Below the pieces are notes generated by a model that saw only the letters and a program-made list of their open reading frames with translations, did not search any database and was not told the origin of the DNA. The translations under genes and the position numbers were made by a program. Below, one piece after another: positions 13,329 to 25,380 of a stretch of 64,000 bases of DNA. Source of the stretch: Eledone cirrhosa (taxonomy: Eukaryota); assembly GCA_964016885.1 (NCBI GenBank), contig OZ024745.1, forward strand, positions 46,252,001 through 46,316,000, written 5' to 3'. How positions within the stretch are numbered: the stretch's first letter is position 1; each line of letters starts with the position of its first letter.

Positions 13329-13408
13329 GTATTTCCGTCGGAAATAACATCTGCCTTCAAGAAACCACTGGTAAATGAAATAATTATCTTATGTTGTTTA
13401 TTACATAA

Positions 13409-13453
<45 letters not shown>

Positions 13454-13596
13454 GGGCAACTCGTCTAACCCATGCTATCATGGAAAAATGGACATTTAAT
13501 GGTGATGATGATATATATATAGTTGAAAATTAACGAAAAAAACACAGGAGGCAATTGTACACAGTTATATTAGGTTCATGCTTGGTGGAAGTTAAG

Positions 13597-13635
13597 GTTT
13601 TAACTTTTCGGACAGAAATCCTTCATCAGGAAAGT
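13597..13635 (-). ncRNA. Minimal hammerhead motif, partly degenerate
   Basis: tttc-CTGATGA-aggatttctgtcc-GAAA-agtta; stem II gga/tcc. Confidence 0.55.
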
Positions 13636-14460
13636 TTGGATAGGGGGAGAACCGAAACTCCGAGGAGGAGTTCGGATAGGGAGAGAACCATCATCATCAA
13701 TAAGACACTGTTTGTCACTTGAGTCATATAATGCTCATTTTAGCCCTTTCGTTACTGTATCTGTAATGAAATAATTTGTATTTTGATTAATTAATGAAAA
13801 ATAAAAGACCTGGCTATTACAATAAATAAATCGAGTAACTCTAGACAAGTTTCTTCACTGATTTTATAATCTAATGAGACTTCTCTCTCAAGCAACCAAC
13901 CACACAATTATAAATATAACATGTATATATTTTCAACTTGATTGAAGCAATTAGATCACAGCATAGCACATGTTTGGACTTGTTACTTATCTGATAGTAT
14001 GTCATATGATAATGTGTCATGGTCGGGATGCAGCCTGACTTAAACCTTGCATGTAAAATTAAGTTGACAGAAACTGTTTGGAAGATGTACTGTGTTTGTA
14101 ATTCAAAGGGTCAACCTTTTTATTACACACTGTGTATTATGTCATGCTGAATCACCCTGAGAATTATGTCATAGGTATACATGTCTATGAAATGCTCAGC
14201 CAACATTTACACATTAATTTCATGAGCAGGCTAAACCATTGATCAAACAACTAGAACATTGATCATTGAAACCAATGGAGATCTATTATTTCCTGAGTTT
14301 CATGTGACTTATTTGATAATATGCCATATGAGCTTTATAAAACATGTAACTTAGTAACTCGAGTAGAATTTTGATAAGTAACACTAAATATTCTTAATAA
14401 TAGTGCCATTATATGCTGAACAATGTAAAAAATTAATGGACGTGTATATTCATTTCAAGT

Positions 14461-14720
14461 GGAGGTGCATGGCCTAGTGGTAAGGGTGTTGGACTTATGA
14501 TCATAATGTCATGAGTTTGATTCCTGGACTGGGTTGTGCATTGTATTCTTGAGCAACATTGCTCCAGTATACTCAGCTGAAAATAAGTATCAGCAATAGC
14601 TGGGGATTTAACCCTGCGATCGACTTGCATCCTATCCAGCATGGGAGTCTTGTACACTCAGTTGCTTACTGCCATGGAAACCAGGATAAGCATCAGCCTG
14701 ATGAAATTCTGAGCTCAAGA
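14461..14720 (+). mobile_element. Older tRNA-headed SINE
   Basis: GGAGGTGCATGGCCTAGTGGTAAGG...GAGTTTGATTCC...TTCTTGAGCAA. Confidence 0.75.
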
Positions 14721-15569
14721 CAGGCTTTTGTTTTAGTATATATTGTAAAATAGATACACCATATCCCTGCATGTCAGAGAAATTAACTAAAAGGTTTATC
14801 TCCAGGAAGAGCATCTAACTGTAAAACATTGCTTCAAAATGAACCTCATCAATGAGTATAATTAAACCTGTTATATGGCTCACAAGCCTAACCTCAGCTT
14901 TAGCAGAGTGAGTGACTTTAATGGCTTTAAAATGTTTGTTATTGTTGTGAAGTACCTTATAGTCTTACAAAGTTTTAAAGAGAAAGATTGATAAGATTGG
15001 AACTAGTGGCAAATATATTGAGGTAAGTAGTCTGAAAACTAAATAATAAATGGCATTTATTTAGTCTGTGAGATGACTTGTGGCTTCTAATTTTGGCATA
15101 ACAAATTTAATCAATTTTGACAGGTACTTTCTTAAATATTTTATTATATTAGATATTATTAAAACATCTATTTTTCAAAATTTACTATAAATTGTTTTTA
15201 ATAATACAATGTAATAACATTGGTTTGTTTAAATTCATTACAAATTAAAAATATAAAGACAATTGGAACTGCTAAAACAAATTAATTAGTATCTAACACA
15301 AATTAAAATTCATTATACAGAAATCAACTGTGTGCTAGCATATTTGATGTAGTAAACCAATACATTTTAATTAATAAAATTTAAAACCTTAGTGATAAGA
15401 ACAGTTATTGAATGACTCATTCTGAGAAAGAAACATTGGGGAGACAACCCTAATTTTGAATTGATTAAAACTAATTAAGCATAGAATACAGTGTGTCTGA
15501 TCTTTAGCAGCACCATAACAACTCCAGGCATATTTTAGTCTTATTAGACTTTATCCATGAAACATAGTT

Positions 15570-15920
15570 TAACTGTGACTTTGATCTGAAGGAAGAGTGG
15601 CGAAGATCTTGGAATGAGTCTAAATTTGCCAACCAAGGCCTCATCCAGGACCCCACATCTGAAACCAGCTGGCTTTGACCTTCCTAGAAAGCAATGAGTG
15701 TCTGTTAATTGGATCTGCACAACACATCACAGGACAGCCCATCATCTCCATCGATAGTAAATGAAAGACAGCACAGCATGTGACTGCGAGGACCCTGACC
15801 AGACAGTGCAACATGTTGTTTGGGATTGCCCCCTCAGACTTTTTCGGGGTGGCTTGGGGGCAATCCATTGCACTACAAATGACTCGATCTGTCTCACTAA
15901 CCATTGTGCATATGTCATAT
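15570..15920 (+). mobile_element. Decayed LINE 3' end, Vingi/Ingi-like
   Basis: Conceptual translation GFDLPRKQ*VSVN...CDCEDPDQTVQHVVWDCPLR..GGL. Confidence 0.65.
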
Positions 15921-17789
15921 GAAAAGAAGAAAACAGTGATTGAAAAATTTTTTAATAACTAGTCAAATTTCAGGAGTTCATAATTATTTTAAAATTCTAA
16001 CAGCTTGTTTTTATAGAAGGAAACTAATGATTGTATTGGTCGTCCATTTGTTGTTACTATCTGCTGGTCACAACTCTTGGCAGAAGCAACGCTGTTTTAC
16101 TGGTGACAGGAGATGGGATTTGAACTCAGAATATACAGTCAAAACAATTTTGCCAATCCATAACCTCTGAACTCATATATTATTTATCAATCCCGAAACA
16201 GTGAAAAGTAAAGTTGAGTTCAGTTGGATTTGAACTCAAAGAGCAGAGAGCCAGAATGATTGGTGCAAAGCATTTAATCTAACACCCTAACAACATGGAA
16301 AATTTAATAGGAGTGGAAATGGGCATTGTTGAGAGGCAGAGATGTAGAGGATAGTGAAAAATGGAGAAGTTTGTCATGGAGCCCACAAAGCTAAATCCTG
16401 CTTTAGCAGGAAAAACGGCCATAAAATGGTTGTTGTATAACAACTCTGTCAATTTACTGCCTTAAATTAAGAATTGAAGACCATTGTCTGCCTTTGAATA
16501 ATCAAGAACTAATCAGAAATAGGGATTAAAATTAATAAGCTAATGTATGTGTAATATTGGTTTCTTGTAAAATGCATGTGTTCCAATATTCATTAGTAAT
16601 ATAGGGGAAATAAGGCAGATCTAAATAAGAATTAAAATTAGTTGACAGTATTGGTTTGCTAAGAACTTATAACCAGAAGATTAAAGAGAGGTTTAACTGA
16701 AAATTGATAGTAATTATTTCTGTATTATGGCTTTGTGACAAAGCTGGAAATAATGATCTCTCTATAATAAACTACAGACTTAGTAGAAGTAAAAATGATA
16801 AAAATAAAACCATAATCTTTCTCATGATAATTGCAGATATTTGTGATATAAATGTTACAAAAATAGTCTTAGTTGATCTAACTAATGTAATAGTTTTAAA
16901 CAGAATACAACTATTACATTTTCATAAAAATTATAGAATTAGCATAATATAAAACAACTGAAACCCTTGTGGAAACCAATTTGTAAGGCTGACTAATGAC
17001 AGAGATAATAGAAATGATAAAGAACAATGAGGATTGATGGGTGACATGCAGTACTGGAGAAGACTCACCTACCAGCTTAAAGGTTGTGACCTGACCCAGT
17101 CATACCTTTCTCCTCTATTGCTATATGGTAGCTATTCTCATCATCACTGTATAACCCCACCCCCACTCTATCCAGGATTAACTCTCACCTCTCTTAAATC
17201 CCAATACTCCACTCTATACAAGGTCACCTCTATCTTATCTAGGATTTACCCCCAACACTCTCAAATTCTAATGCACTAGTCATAACTCTCTAGTTACTGT
17301 TCTCACAGAACCCCCAATACTGCTGGGGATCACCCCTTCCCTTCCCACTCTTCACCCTGTCCAATCCTACTATACTCTGCCATACATATATGGCATACTT
17401 TCTTCACATCTCCTACCTGCTCTCACTCATGACACCATACTTATCTTCCTTTTTACTTTCCTTGGTGCTATTACCCACATAGGGTAGAGAGGGCTCTTCA
17501 GTTGAGTAAATGACCAACAATCTCTCTAGTGTTGGTGCCACAAAAAATGCACCCACTACACCCTGAGGTGGTGGCAGAGGCAGTGGAGGTGGTGATGATA
17601 AGGAGGAAGAGGATTCATGTTGAGATAGAATATATATTTCATAAATTAATTGTGTAACATTAAGCCAAATAAAATATTGTTGACAACTGCCAATCCTTAT
17701 TCTAAGATAGGTTAACTTAATGTTTCAATGTTAAATAAACAGATGTGATAATGTCTAAATAAGCAAGAAGCTTTGCTATTGTGCATTGA

Positions 17790-18110
17790 TGAGCTTAATG
17801 AGCTTAACTACAAGAATAGCAATATAAGTTAAACTGAGACACAACAATTTATCATCATCATTGCAACCACAGTTGAATATTCCTGACAGAGTTTCTCCAC
17901 AATTTAAGATTTTCCATTGCTCCTGGTAACTGGTTTGTATAGTCTGAGAGTTGATCAATGAAGATTCAAGTAGGTCTTCCTCTTCTGTGTCTTCCCTGAG
18001 TTGGTTCCCACAATAGTAGCTTGTGTATAATTTCCTGCCTACTTCTCCAGCAATGTCCTGCAACAACTAACTTTTTATCCAAGTAAGAAATATTTTTCTC
18101 TTCTTCAAGA
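17790..18110 (-). mobile_element. Decayed RTE-like 3' fragment
   Basis: Minus strand gives GHCWR..LLLW..RRGRP-like residues. Confidence 0.55.
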
Positions 18111-19372
18111 TCAATTTCATATACTAATGAATAAATGTGTCATAAACAAATCTTGCTATTGCCATATTCTTTCATGAAATACAATTGTGAAATGGATAAG
18201 AATATAAACTACTGACACAAAGATCATAATTCTAAATCTAGCTTCAGGAGTAGTATTGTGTCTCTGAAAAAGTACTTAGCTTTACTTGCCAAGCAATAAA
18301 TTATCTTAACAACCAAGCAATAAATTATGGCTTATTTGTTTCTAGATATCAACAAGAACAAAAAAATAGATACTGTAAGCAACACAAAATCCTCTTAACG
18401 ATTTCTGCCACAGTTCAAATTGTTCATGAATGCAAAATATTGGACACATCACCAGTGTGTATCCTGAGTCACTGGGTGTTTTGGGTTATACAACATACTA
18501 TCTAAATGAGATTGATCAAGCCTCAGTCTGTGGCAAACTGGCATACATACTACCCTCAGCTGCCCACATCTACTGGCATACACCTAGTCCTCCACTCATT
18601 CCTGCATCAGTTTTCCTCCTATTCCTGGTACTTTGCTGTTCTCTTCCTCAAATGATCCTTTGATTACCCTCTTCTCCCAGACAACAGTTAGTTCCAGTAA
18701 CATGAGCTATTTTGTCAATATATTCTTGATTCCAAATGCGGAGACACTTATATATTTACATGTTGAAAAATCTGCTATCAATTAATCAAAAATCATAGAG
18801 CTTAGGTGACAATTAGGTTAGGTTGCCTCCAGCTATTATTGAAGGCCTTCAAAAATTACTTTAATCCCTATTGTAGTCATAGCTAGGTTAATAGAAGATT
18901 AAGTTGGACACAAGAACATATAAAGAACACAGGTGTAAATGTAGAGAACAACTGGAAAGGAAATTATCTATTATATCATTCATGACATTTTTCATAAAGA
19001 GCCTTCTATCAACAAAATTCACACAAATCATGTGACCATAAATGTTATCCAATGTTAATAGACTATTTCCTGGGAGCATAACATAAATAGTATTCACCAA
19101 TGCAAAGATAATTCACAAAGCTCTATCTCATACTTGTAAATCTAGAAATGAATTTTGTTTGTCTGCCTCTAGCAAACAATGTGAGGGAGAGCAATGGTTC
19201 ATAGATAACATAATGTTTGTATAGAGAGTATATTATGTGTATGTAAAGAAAACAAGATGTAGGTATAGAACATATATTATGTAGATGTTGAAATGACTAG
19301 ATGTACGTATTGAGAGTATAGGATTGAAAGCTATATTTACAATGTTACAGTTTGAATGGAGATGAACTTTAA

Positions 19373-19593
19373 CACTTTAGCATTTAAACCAGCTGTATCT
19401 GGCCAGAATTCTCTCACCTCTTTCTGTTCAAACCAACCATAACTGACTGCTCATACTGATGTTAAGTTATTGTTCTCAAAATAAATAATATCAAAATCTC
19501 ATATATTCGATATTATGTGAGATAATTATGTAAGATAAAGCCTTTACTACGAAAATAAAATAGTAAATATAGATTAATGTAAATGCTAAAGGG
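19373..19593 (+). mobile_element. TTAA-flanked MITE (piggyBac-type ends)
   Basis: ttaa-CACTTTAGCATTTA ... TAAATGCTAAAGGG-gtaa; second copy at 56261-56480. Confidence 0.65.
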
Positions 19594-20804
19594 GTAAGAA
19601 ATTAAGTTTCTTAAATAAGAATCTACAGAATTAAGGCATAAAGAAATGAGATTGTATACACTTCCACTGTATGTCAACATAGAAAAATAAGTGTTGATTT
19701 GAAGACAATTATGATAGCAATCATAATTATGATGTTGCCCAACATATTCTTTAACCTTTTTCTCCCAACTCTTTTATTGTGATTTCTTTTTTCTGTTAGA
19801 CATCTCTATAGAGATATTTCCAGTAAGCTATAAATGTGAACATTTATTTCAGCAGCTACTTTTGCTCTGTTGTATACTAATGGCACTGTTTAATAGCTGT
19901 CAATCTATCAAGTACTCAATCAATTCTATAATACAAACACAATTTTTAGACATATTCTCCCATGCTAGCATGGAAAAATGGACGTTAAATGGTGATGGCG
20001 GCGGTGGTGGTGGTGGTGGTGGTTCTCAAGACGTACTAAAAGATTGGTAGGTACAGAAATGGTTATACAAAAATATAATCACAACTTCTCCAGTATTTGT
20101 GACATTATGCTGCTGACTCAAGTAGTAACACACTAACCCATCCTTTTAAAAAATTGAATCAGTAAATAATTATATACATCACAAGAGTAAAAAATAATCT
20201 TAAGATTTGATTGAATCTACCATTTTAAATAAGAATACTATTTGATTTATTTGATTTGTTGCTGGTTAGTTAATTTTCTTACTCAAAGAATTCAATTTTA
20301 GACGTTTTAAATCTATTTATAAAAATCAATTGATTTAGCTTTTTAGAAAGAACTCCCGGCAGACATTTTAAAAACAGATAACCATGTTAGACAAAAATAA
20401 AACAGTGTTAAAATAATGATTAAACTAATGTCTTCAGGAATGTTAAGGTTTACAAACACAACAATATACATATATATAGATATATGTATGCAAAAAGTAA
20501 ACAGAAACAACACTGTACAATGAAGAAATATATTAGTTTAATGCTTGATATAGAAGGAAAATAGTCTTTATGTTTCAGACACTATTCCTTCATATGTTTT
20601 TTACTGGTTTCAGTCATCATTAGTTTAATGTTTATTCATTATTTAAAGACAAGACTCAGTTTCATCGTAATGGAGGTTAATTGAATGAACCGTATTTTAT
20701 TGACTTCAAGAACGTAAAGAGCTACATCAAAAGATTGGCAGAATTTGAACTCTCAAAGTATAATGGACATATGTAAATACTGCAATGGAATTTGGCTTCT
20801 TGCC

Positions 20805-21079
20805 TCCTCCTCCTACTACTAATACTACTACTACTACCACTACTACTACTACTACTGCTGCTGTTACCACTACTACTACTACTACTATTACTACTACTAC
20901 CACCGCTACTACCACCGCTACTACTACCTTTACTACCACCTCTACTACTACCTCTACTACTACCACTACTACTACTACTAATACTACTACCACTACTACC
21001 ACCACTACTACTACTACTACCACTACTACTACCACTACTACTACTATCACTACTACTACTACTACTACTACTGCTGCTG

Positions 21080-21120
<41 letters not shown>

Positions 21121-21162
21121 GCTACCACTACTACTACTACTACCACTACTGCTACCACTACT
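20805..21162. repeat. (TAC/CAC)n compound trinucleotide repeat
   Basis: Source of the poly-T/L/S/V ORFs. Confidence 0.95.
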
Positions 21163-22374
21163 TCCTCTTCTCAATCTTTGTCATTCCACCATTTAATGAT
21201 ATGATGATGTTACCACCATATATAACTGTTGCTGTTGATGCTGCTAAAGATGATGATAAGTGGGGAGGAGAAGAAAGTGGAGATCTTTCATGATAATTGT
21301 GAAGGTGAGGATAAGGATGAAGATACGAGATAGCGGAAGTGATTGGGAGGAGGAGAGGGAGGTGGTGAAGGAATAAAAGTATGATTGGGGAGAAGGACAG
21401 TATGTGTGGGCCAACAACCACCATAGTTTATAAAAAGTTCATAGTGAAGAGAGAAAAAATAAACGAAACAAGATACAGGAAAAGAATATTAGAAGATCTG
21501 ATATTTAACTTGACACTTTTAAAATGTATTATCTCTTGCTAGGAAGATAATGTATTTCAAAATCTCACTTGCAACTGAACATAGACAGTGAGGAGGAAGC
21601 CTCGTGATATAAGGAGGCTGTTGCAGCAGGTGTCTCAGGCCATTCTCTGCAGTAATGCCATTGCCATTTTGTTTGCGGGGTGCAACTGAGGTACCGCTCG
21701 GTATGTGTGCATGTATATGTGCACATGTTTATTTCGGTATATATGTGTGTGTGGTTGTTCATTTAAGCTTCATGTCTTTGCCCCATAATAAACAAACATA
21801 ATGAATAAAAGACATTGATGATCCCATCTCAGTTATCACTTCATACACTTGTTGACCTCGCCTTCTATTCTCAAATATCAATAAAAATAGTGAGAAATAG
21901 CTGACAAAATTCTCATCAGATCCACATACTGCTATTGGATAAGCTGAAATGCTTTGATCATAAGTCAATTTGATCAGAACTGACCTGAGGCTAAACAACA
22001 AAATAAATGGTAAAAATCTTATGATCAAATACAGATTCTTAAGATACAATGTGCTATCAGCCTACTGTACTATTTTGCTCTGTAAAGAAATGTCTCCACA
22101 AGTGTATAATCAATAGAACCAACAAAAGCTGAGGTATTTCAGTAAAATTAATCATTGCTGAGAAGTGGATTTTTTTTTAATCTTATCTTAAAAGAAAATA
22201 AGTTCAAAACATCTTGGCAGATACCATATAAAAGAAAAATAAAGCAATTTCTCTTCTTTAACAATACATTTGAAAATTTATTTAAGAGCATATATATATA
22301 TCGTTTCTGAATTTGTTTAGCAAGATTCTTTATCTTATTGGCAACATGACCCTCCCAAAGCATAACAATATATC

Positions 22375-22505
22375 AGGATTGAACCAGTTTTAAAGTAGTT
22401 AGACCATTTACTAGGTACTTAGGGTAGTAGAGTATGACTATATTAGAAAGAGTTGGGACCTGACAGCTGAGCTCTCACTGTTTCAACGACTAGTTCCAGA
22501 CCCAA
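22375..22505 (-). mobile_element. Family A insert, single arm
   Basis: GTACTTAGGGTAGTAGAGT...GGACCTGACAGCTGAGCTC..CTGTTTCAAC, homologous to 567-700. Confidence 0.6.
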
Positions 22506-22527
22506 TATAATATATATATATATATGA

Positions 22528-23167
22528 CAACTTATGCAAAGTTACCGAATGGATAAAATACTAGTAAAGCTAACTAATACTAGAAAGTTTCATTCACATT
22601 TTTCCCTGACTGCATAAGTTATTCTATATGTATATGCTTCTCTGATTTAGATATATTTTGGCTATCCTTTCATTGAAATGGACTGTATATTAGTGACCTT
22701 CTGTGTGATATTGGCTACTCCTTAACTGTTGAGTTGATAGACAGATTTTATGTGAATTATTTCTAGCATCATTTTGATCCTATCATATACAAATATTTAT
22801 TTAGTTGGTCTTTGCACGCATGTGTGTAATTTTATACACACACTGGATGGATAAGGATAAACTCCATTTACTAACAGATGAATATTTTTTTATATACTTT
22901 CAAAGAAACCCTCTGAGGAGAGAATTCATCTTCCAGTATTGCTTGTCTTAATTTATTGAGATAATCAATGCTGTTTTTTGATTCTTGAAACTGAAGTAAG
23001 GAAAAAAATGGGAGTGAAACTTTCATGTATTAGTTGGCTTTACTACTACTCTATCCATTTAGTAACTTTGCATAAGTTATTCTATATGTATATGCTTCTT
23101 TTATTTAGATATATTTGGGATATCTTTTCATTGAGATGTTCTGTATATTAGTGACAAATAACCTTCT

Positions 23168-23172
<5 letters not shown>
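22528..23172 (+). mobile_element. Penelope-like remnant with both direct and inverted terminal duplications
   Basis: 22531-22604 is the reverse complement of ~23001-23077; 22611-22710 is directly repeated at 23070-23172; (TA)n on both sides. Confidence 0.7.
22909..23002 (+). ncRNA. Type I hammerhead with extended stem II
   Basis: cct-CTGAGGA-gagaa..(long)..ttctt-GAAA-ctgaag-TA-agg. Confidence 0.6.
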
Positions 23173-23220
<48 letters not shown>

Positions 23221-23540
23221 AGGGAAGTAAGGTTCTATACAAAATAGTGGTTATAGAGAGAAGGTGAGATTGGAAATAGCACTGAAAATATATTTAAGGG
23301 TCTGTTTTTCTTTTACTCTCTTTCCTTTGATTCGTCAAAGTGGCATTATTGAAAAAACGAGAGGGACAATTCTTTTAAAAAAAGAGTTTTATATAAAGTA
23401 TCACCAATTTCGATGTATTAGTAAAATTCCTCTTATCAAATGTTGATTATTACAATTAAAAAGAATTAATAAGGATTAAAACCTAAAAATTAAAGATTTA
23501 AAACCAAGTTTTTGCATCTTCCTTGTTGAGAGGGAGACTG

Positions 23541-23580
<40 letters not shown>

Positions 23581-23635
23581 TTAACGTCCATCTTCTACGC
23601 TAGCATGGGTTAGACGGTATATATATATATATATA

Positions 23636-24300
23636 AATTGTTGTCAGAGAATAAACAACCAAATTCTTGAAAAAATATATTTATTGTTTTACAATTGTTT
23701 CAGAAGTCAGACCATATTTAAGACCATAAAAATAAAATCTATCAATCATAGATTCAATAGGTACAGATGATATTAAAACTGAACTATGATTTGACCTCAT
23801 CTTCAGAACCAAAAAGAAAACAAATATAAAATTCAAAAATACAAATCACTGATGGGTGGGGACTACAAAAAACATGAAACACATATCACTTATCAATCAA
23901 AGAATTAAAACAGAAGGATACGACATTGTAATTCCGGCTATGTCAATCCTCCATTACTTACAGGCATAACAAACTTCCTTAAATTACAATATTGTATCCT
24001 TCTGTTTTAATCCTTCGATTGATAAGTAATATGGTAATGGTTTCATGATTTTTGTAGTCCCCCACCCCCACCTATCAGTGACTTGTATTTTTGAATTTGG
24101 TTGTGTATTCTCTGACAATAATTTTATATTAACATGAATTATATTAGCATAAATTATGATTCTCTTGCTTACTTTCACTGTTCGCTTGTCTTGTATTTAA
24201 TACACATTGAGCACACTGTCCTCTTTGCTACTGGCTTATAATTCTCACAACTAATCTCTTATTTCTCCTTCTTGATTGGTTTTTACACTTACTTTTAATA
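23636..24300. mobile_element. Fold-back insert family C with tail
   Basis: 23829-23932 is the reverse complement of 23982-24098; outer arms 23636-23666 and 24093-24121. Confidence 0.7.
23686..23809 (-). ncRNA. Type I hammerhead with ~100-nt stem II region
   Basis: gtt-CTGAAGA-tgaggtca....tgacttct-GAAA-caattg-TA-aaac; homologous to 48355-48472. Confidence 0.6.
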
Positions 24301-25212
24301 TATATATATATTATTTTCCTGTGAACTGAGATCTATTTTGAATAATTTTGAGGGAAAAGATAAAAGGAAGCACTCTGAATTAGAGAATTAATTCATGTGG
24401 TGGTGTGGAGATATATCATGTTTTGTTATCACCATCATGCCCAAAATCGCCATATGTTACTAAGGCACCCCTATGACTTCACCAGGAGATATGGATTTCA
24501 GAAGAGAGAGAGAAACATATTCGTCAGCTGAATGACTTCCTTAGCAAACAACATAATCATTTCTTCAAACCCTATTTGAGTCTCAAATATATTTTATTTT
24601 AGATCTCTCTAACATACTATTACAGCGAAGAATTTTCCAAATATATTTAAGAAATTTTGAAGGGGAAAAGGTAAGTTTTTCTTTATAGATTGAGTCATTA
24701 TATTCTTAATTTTTTTTTTCTTTTGTTTCAGACTTAGGAATAGAATGTAGTTATTCATATGAAATAAATGAAGAGCTAAAAGAACTTAAATACAATTTAA
24801 AAAAGTGAAAAATAAAATGGAGAAGACAATATAATACAAAAGAAATTAAGGAAGGTTAGAAAAGACAGGAATTTTATAGGAAAATAAGAGGAAGAAAGAA
24901 AGAGAATGGAAGATAGAGAGTGAAAATAATGGGAAAGTAAGTAAAAGAATGTGTGAGAGTGAAGATAGAGGGGCAGAGGAGAGGGGGAATTGTTGAAAGA
25001 GAGAGTGAAACAAAGAAATTGGAGGAATATACAAGAGTAAATGATGGAAAGAATGGAGAAAGAAGATTGGGAAATATGATGAAAAGAGAGAAGGAGGTAA
25101 AGAAGATAAAGAAAAAAGTGTGAGAGAGAATAAATGTCCCCTTGTCTAAACAAATAAAAAGTTATTTGAAAGAAAAAATATGGATTTAGACACAAAATAT
25201 AAATATCAATAA

Positions 25213-25380
25213 AGGCACAGGCATGGTTGTGTGGTTAAGGAGTTTGCTTTGCAACCATGTAGTTTTGAATTCAATCTCACTACATGGCACCTTAGGTAAG
25301 TGTCTTTTACTATAACCTTGAGTTAACCAATGCTTTGTGAGTGGAATTTTGTAAATGGAAACTGCAGAAGCCCATCATAT
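25213..25380 (+). mobile_element. SINE family 3 (tRNA head, CORE-like)
   Basis: GGCATGGTTGTGTGGTTAAGG...ACCTTAGGTAAGTGTC...TTGTGAGTGGAATTT; related copy at 56705-56825 (-). Confidence 0.7.

Noticed and set aside
20722-21204. Poly-Ser/Thr/Leu/Val ORFs
   Set aside because: Trinucleotide repeat open in several frames; no splice or domain evidence
24430-24500. Similarity to 43935-44000
   Set aside because: Real but short, old dispersed repeat that I cannot classify
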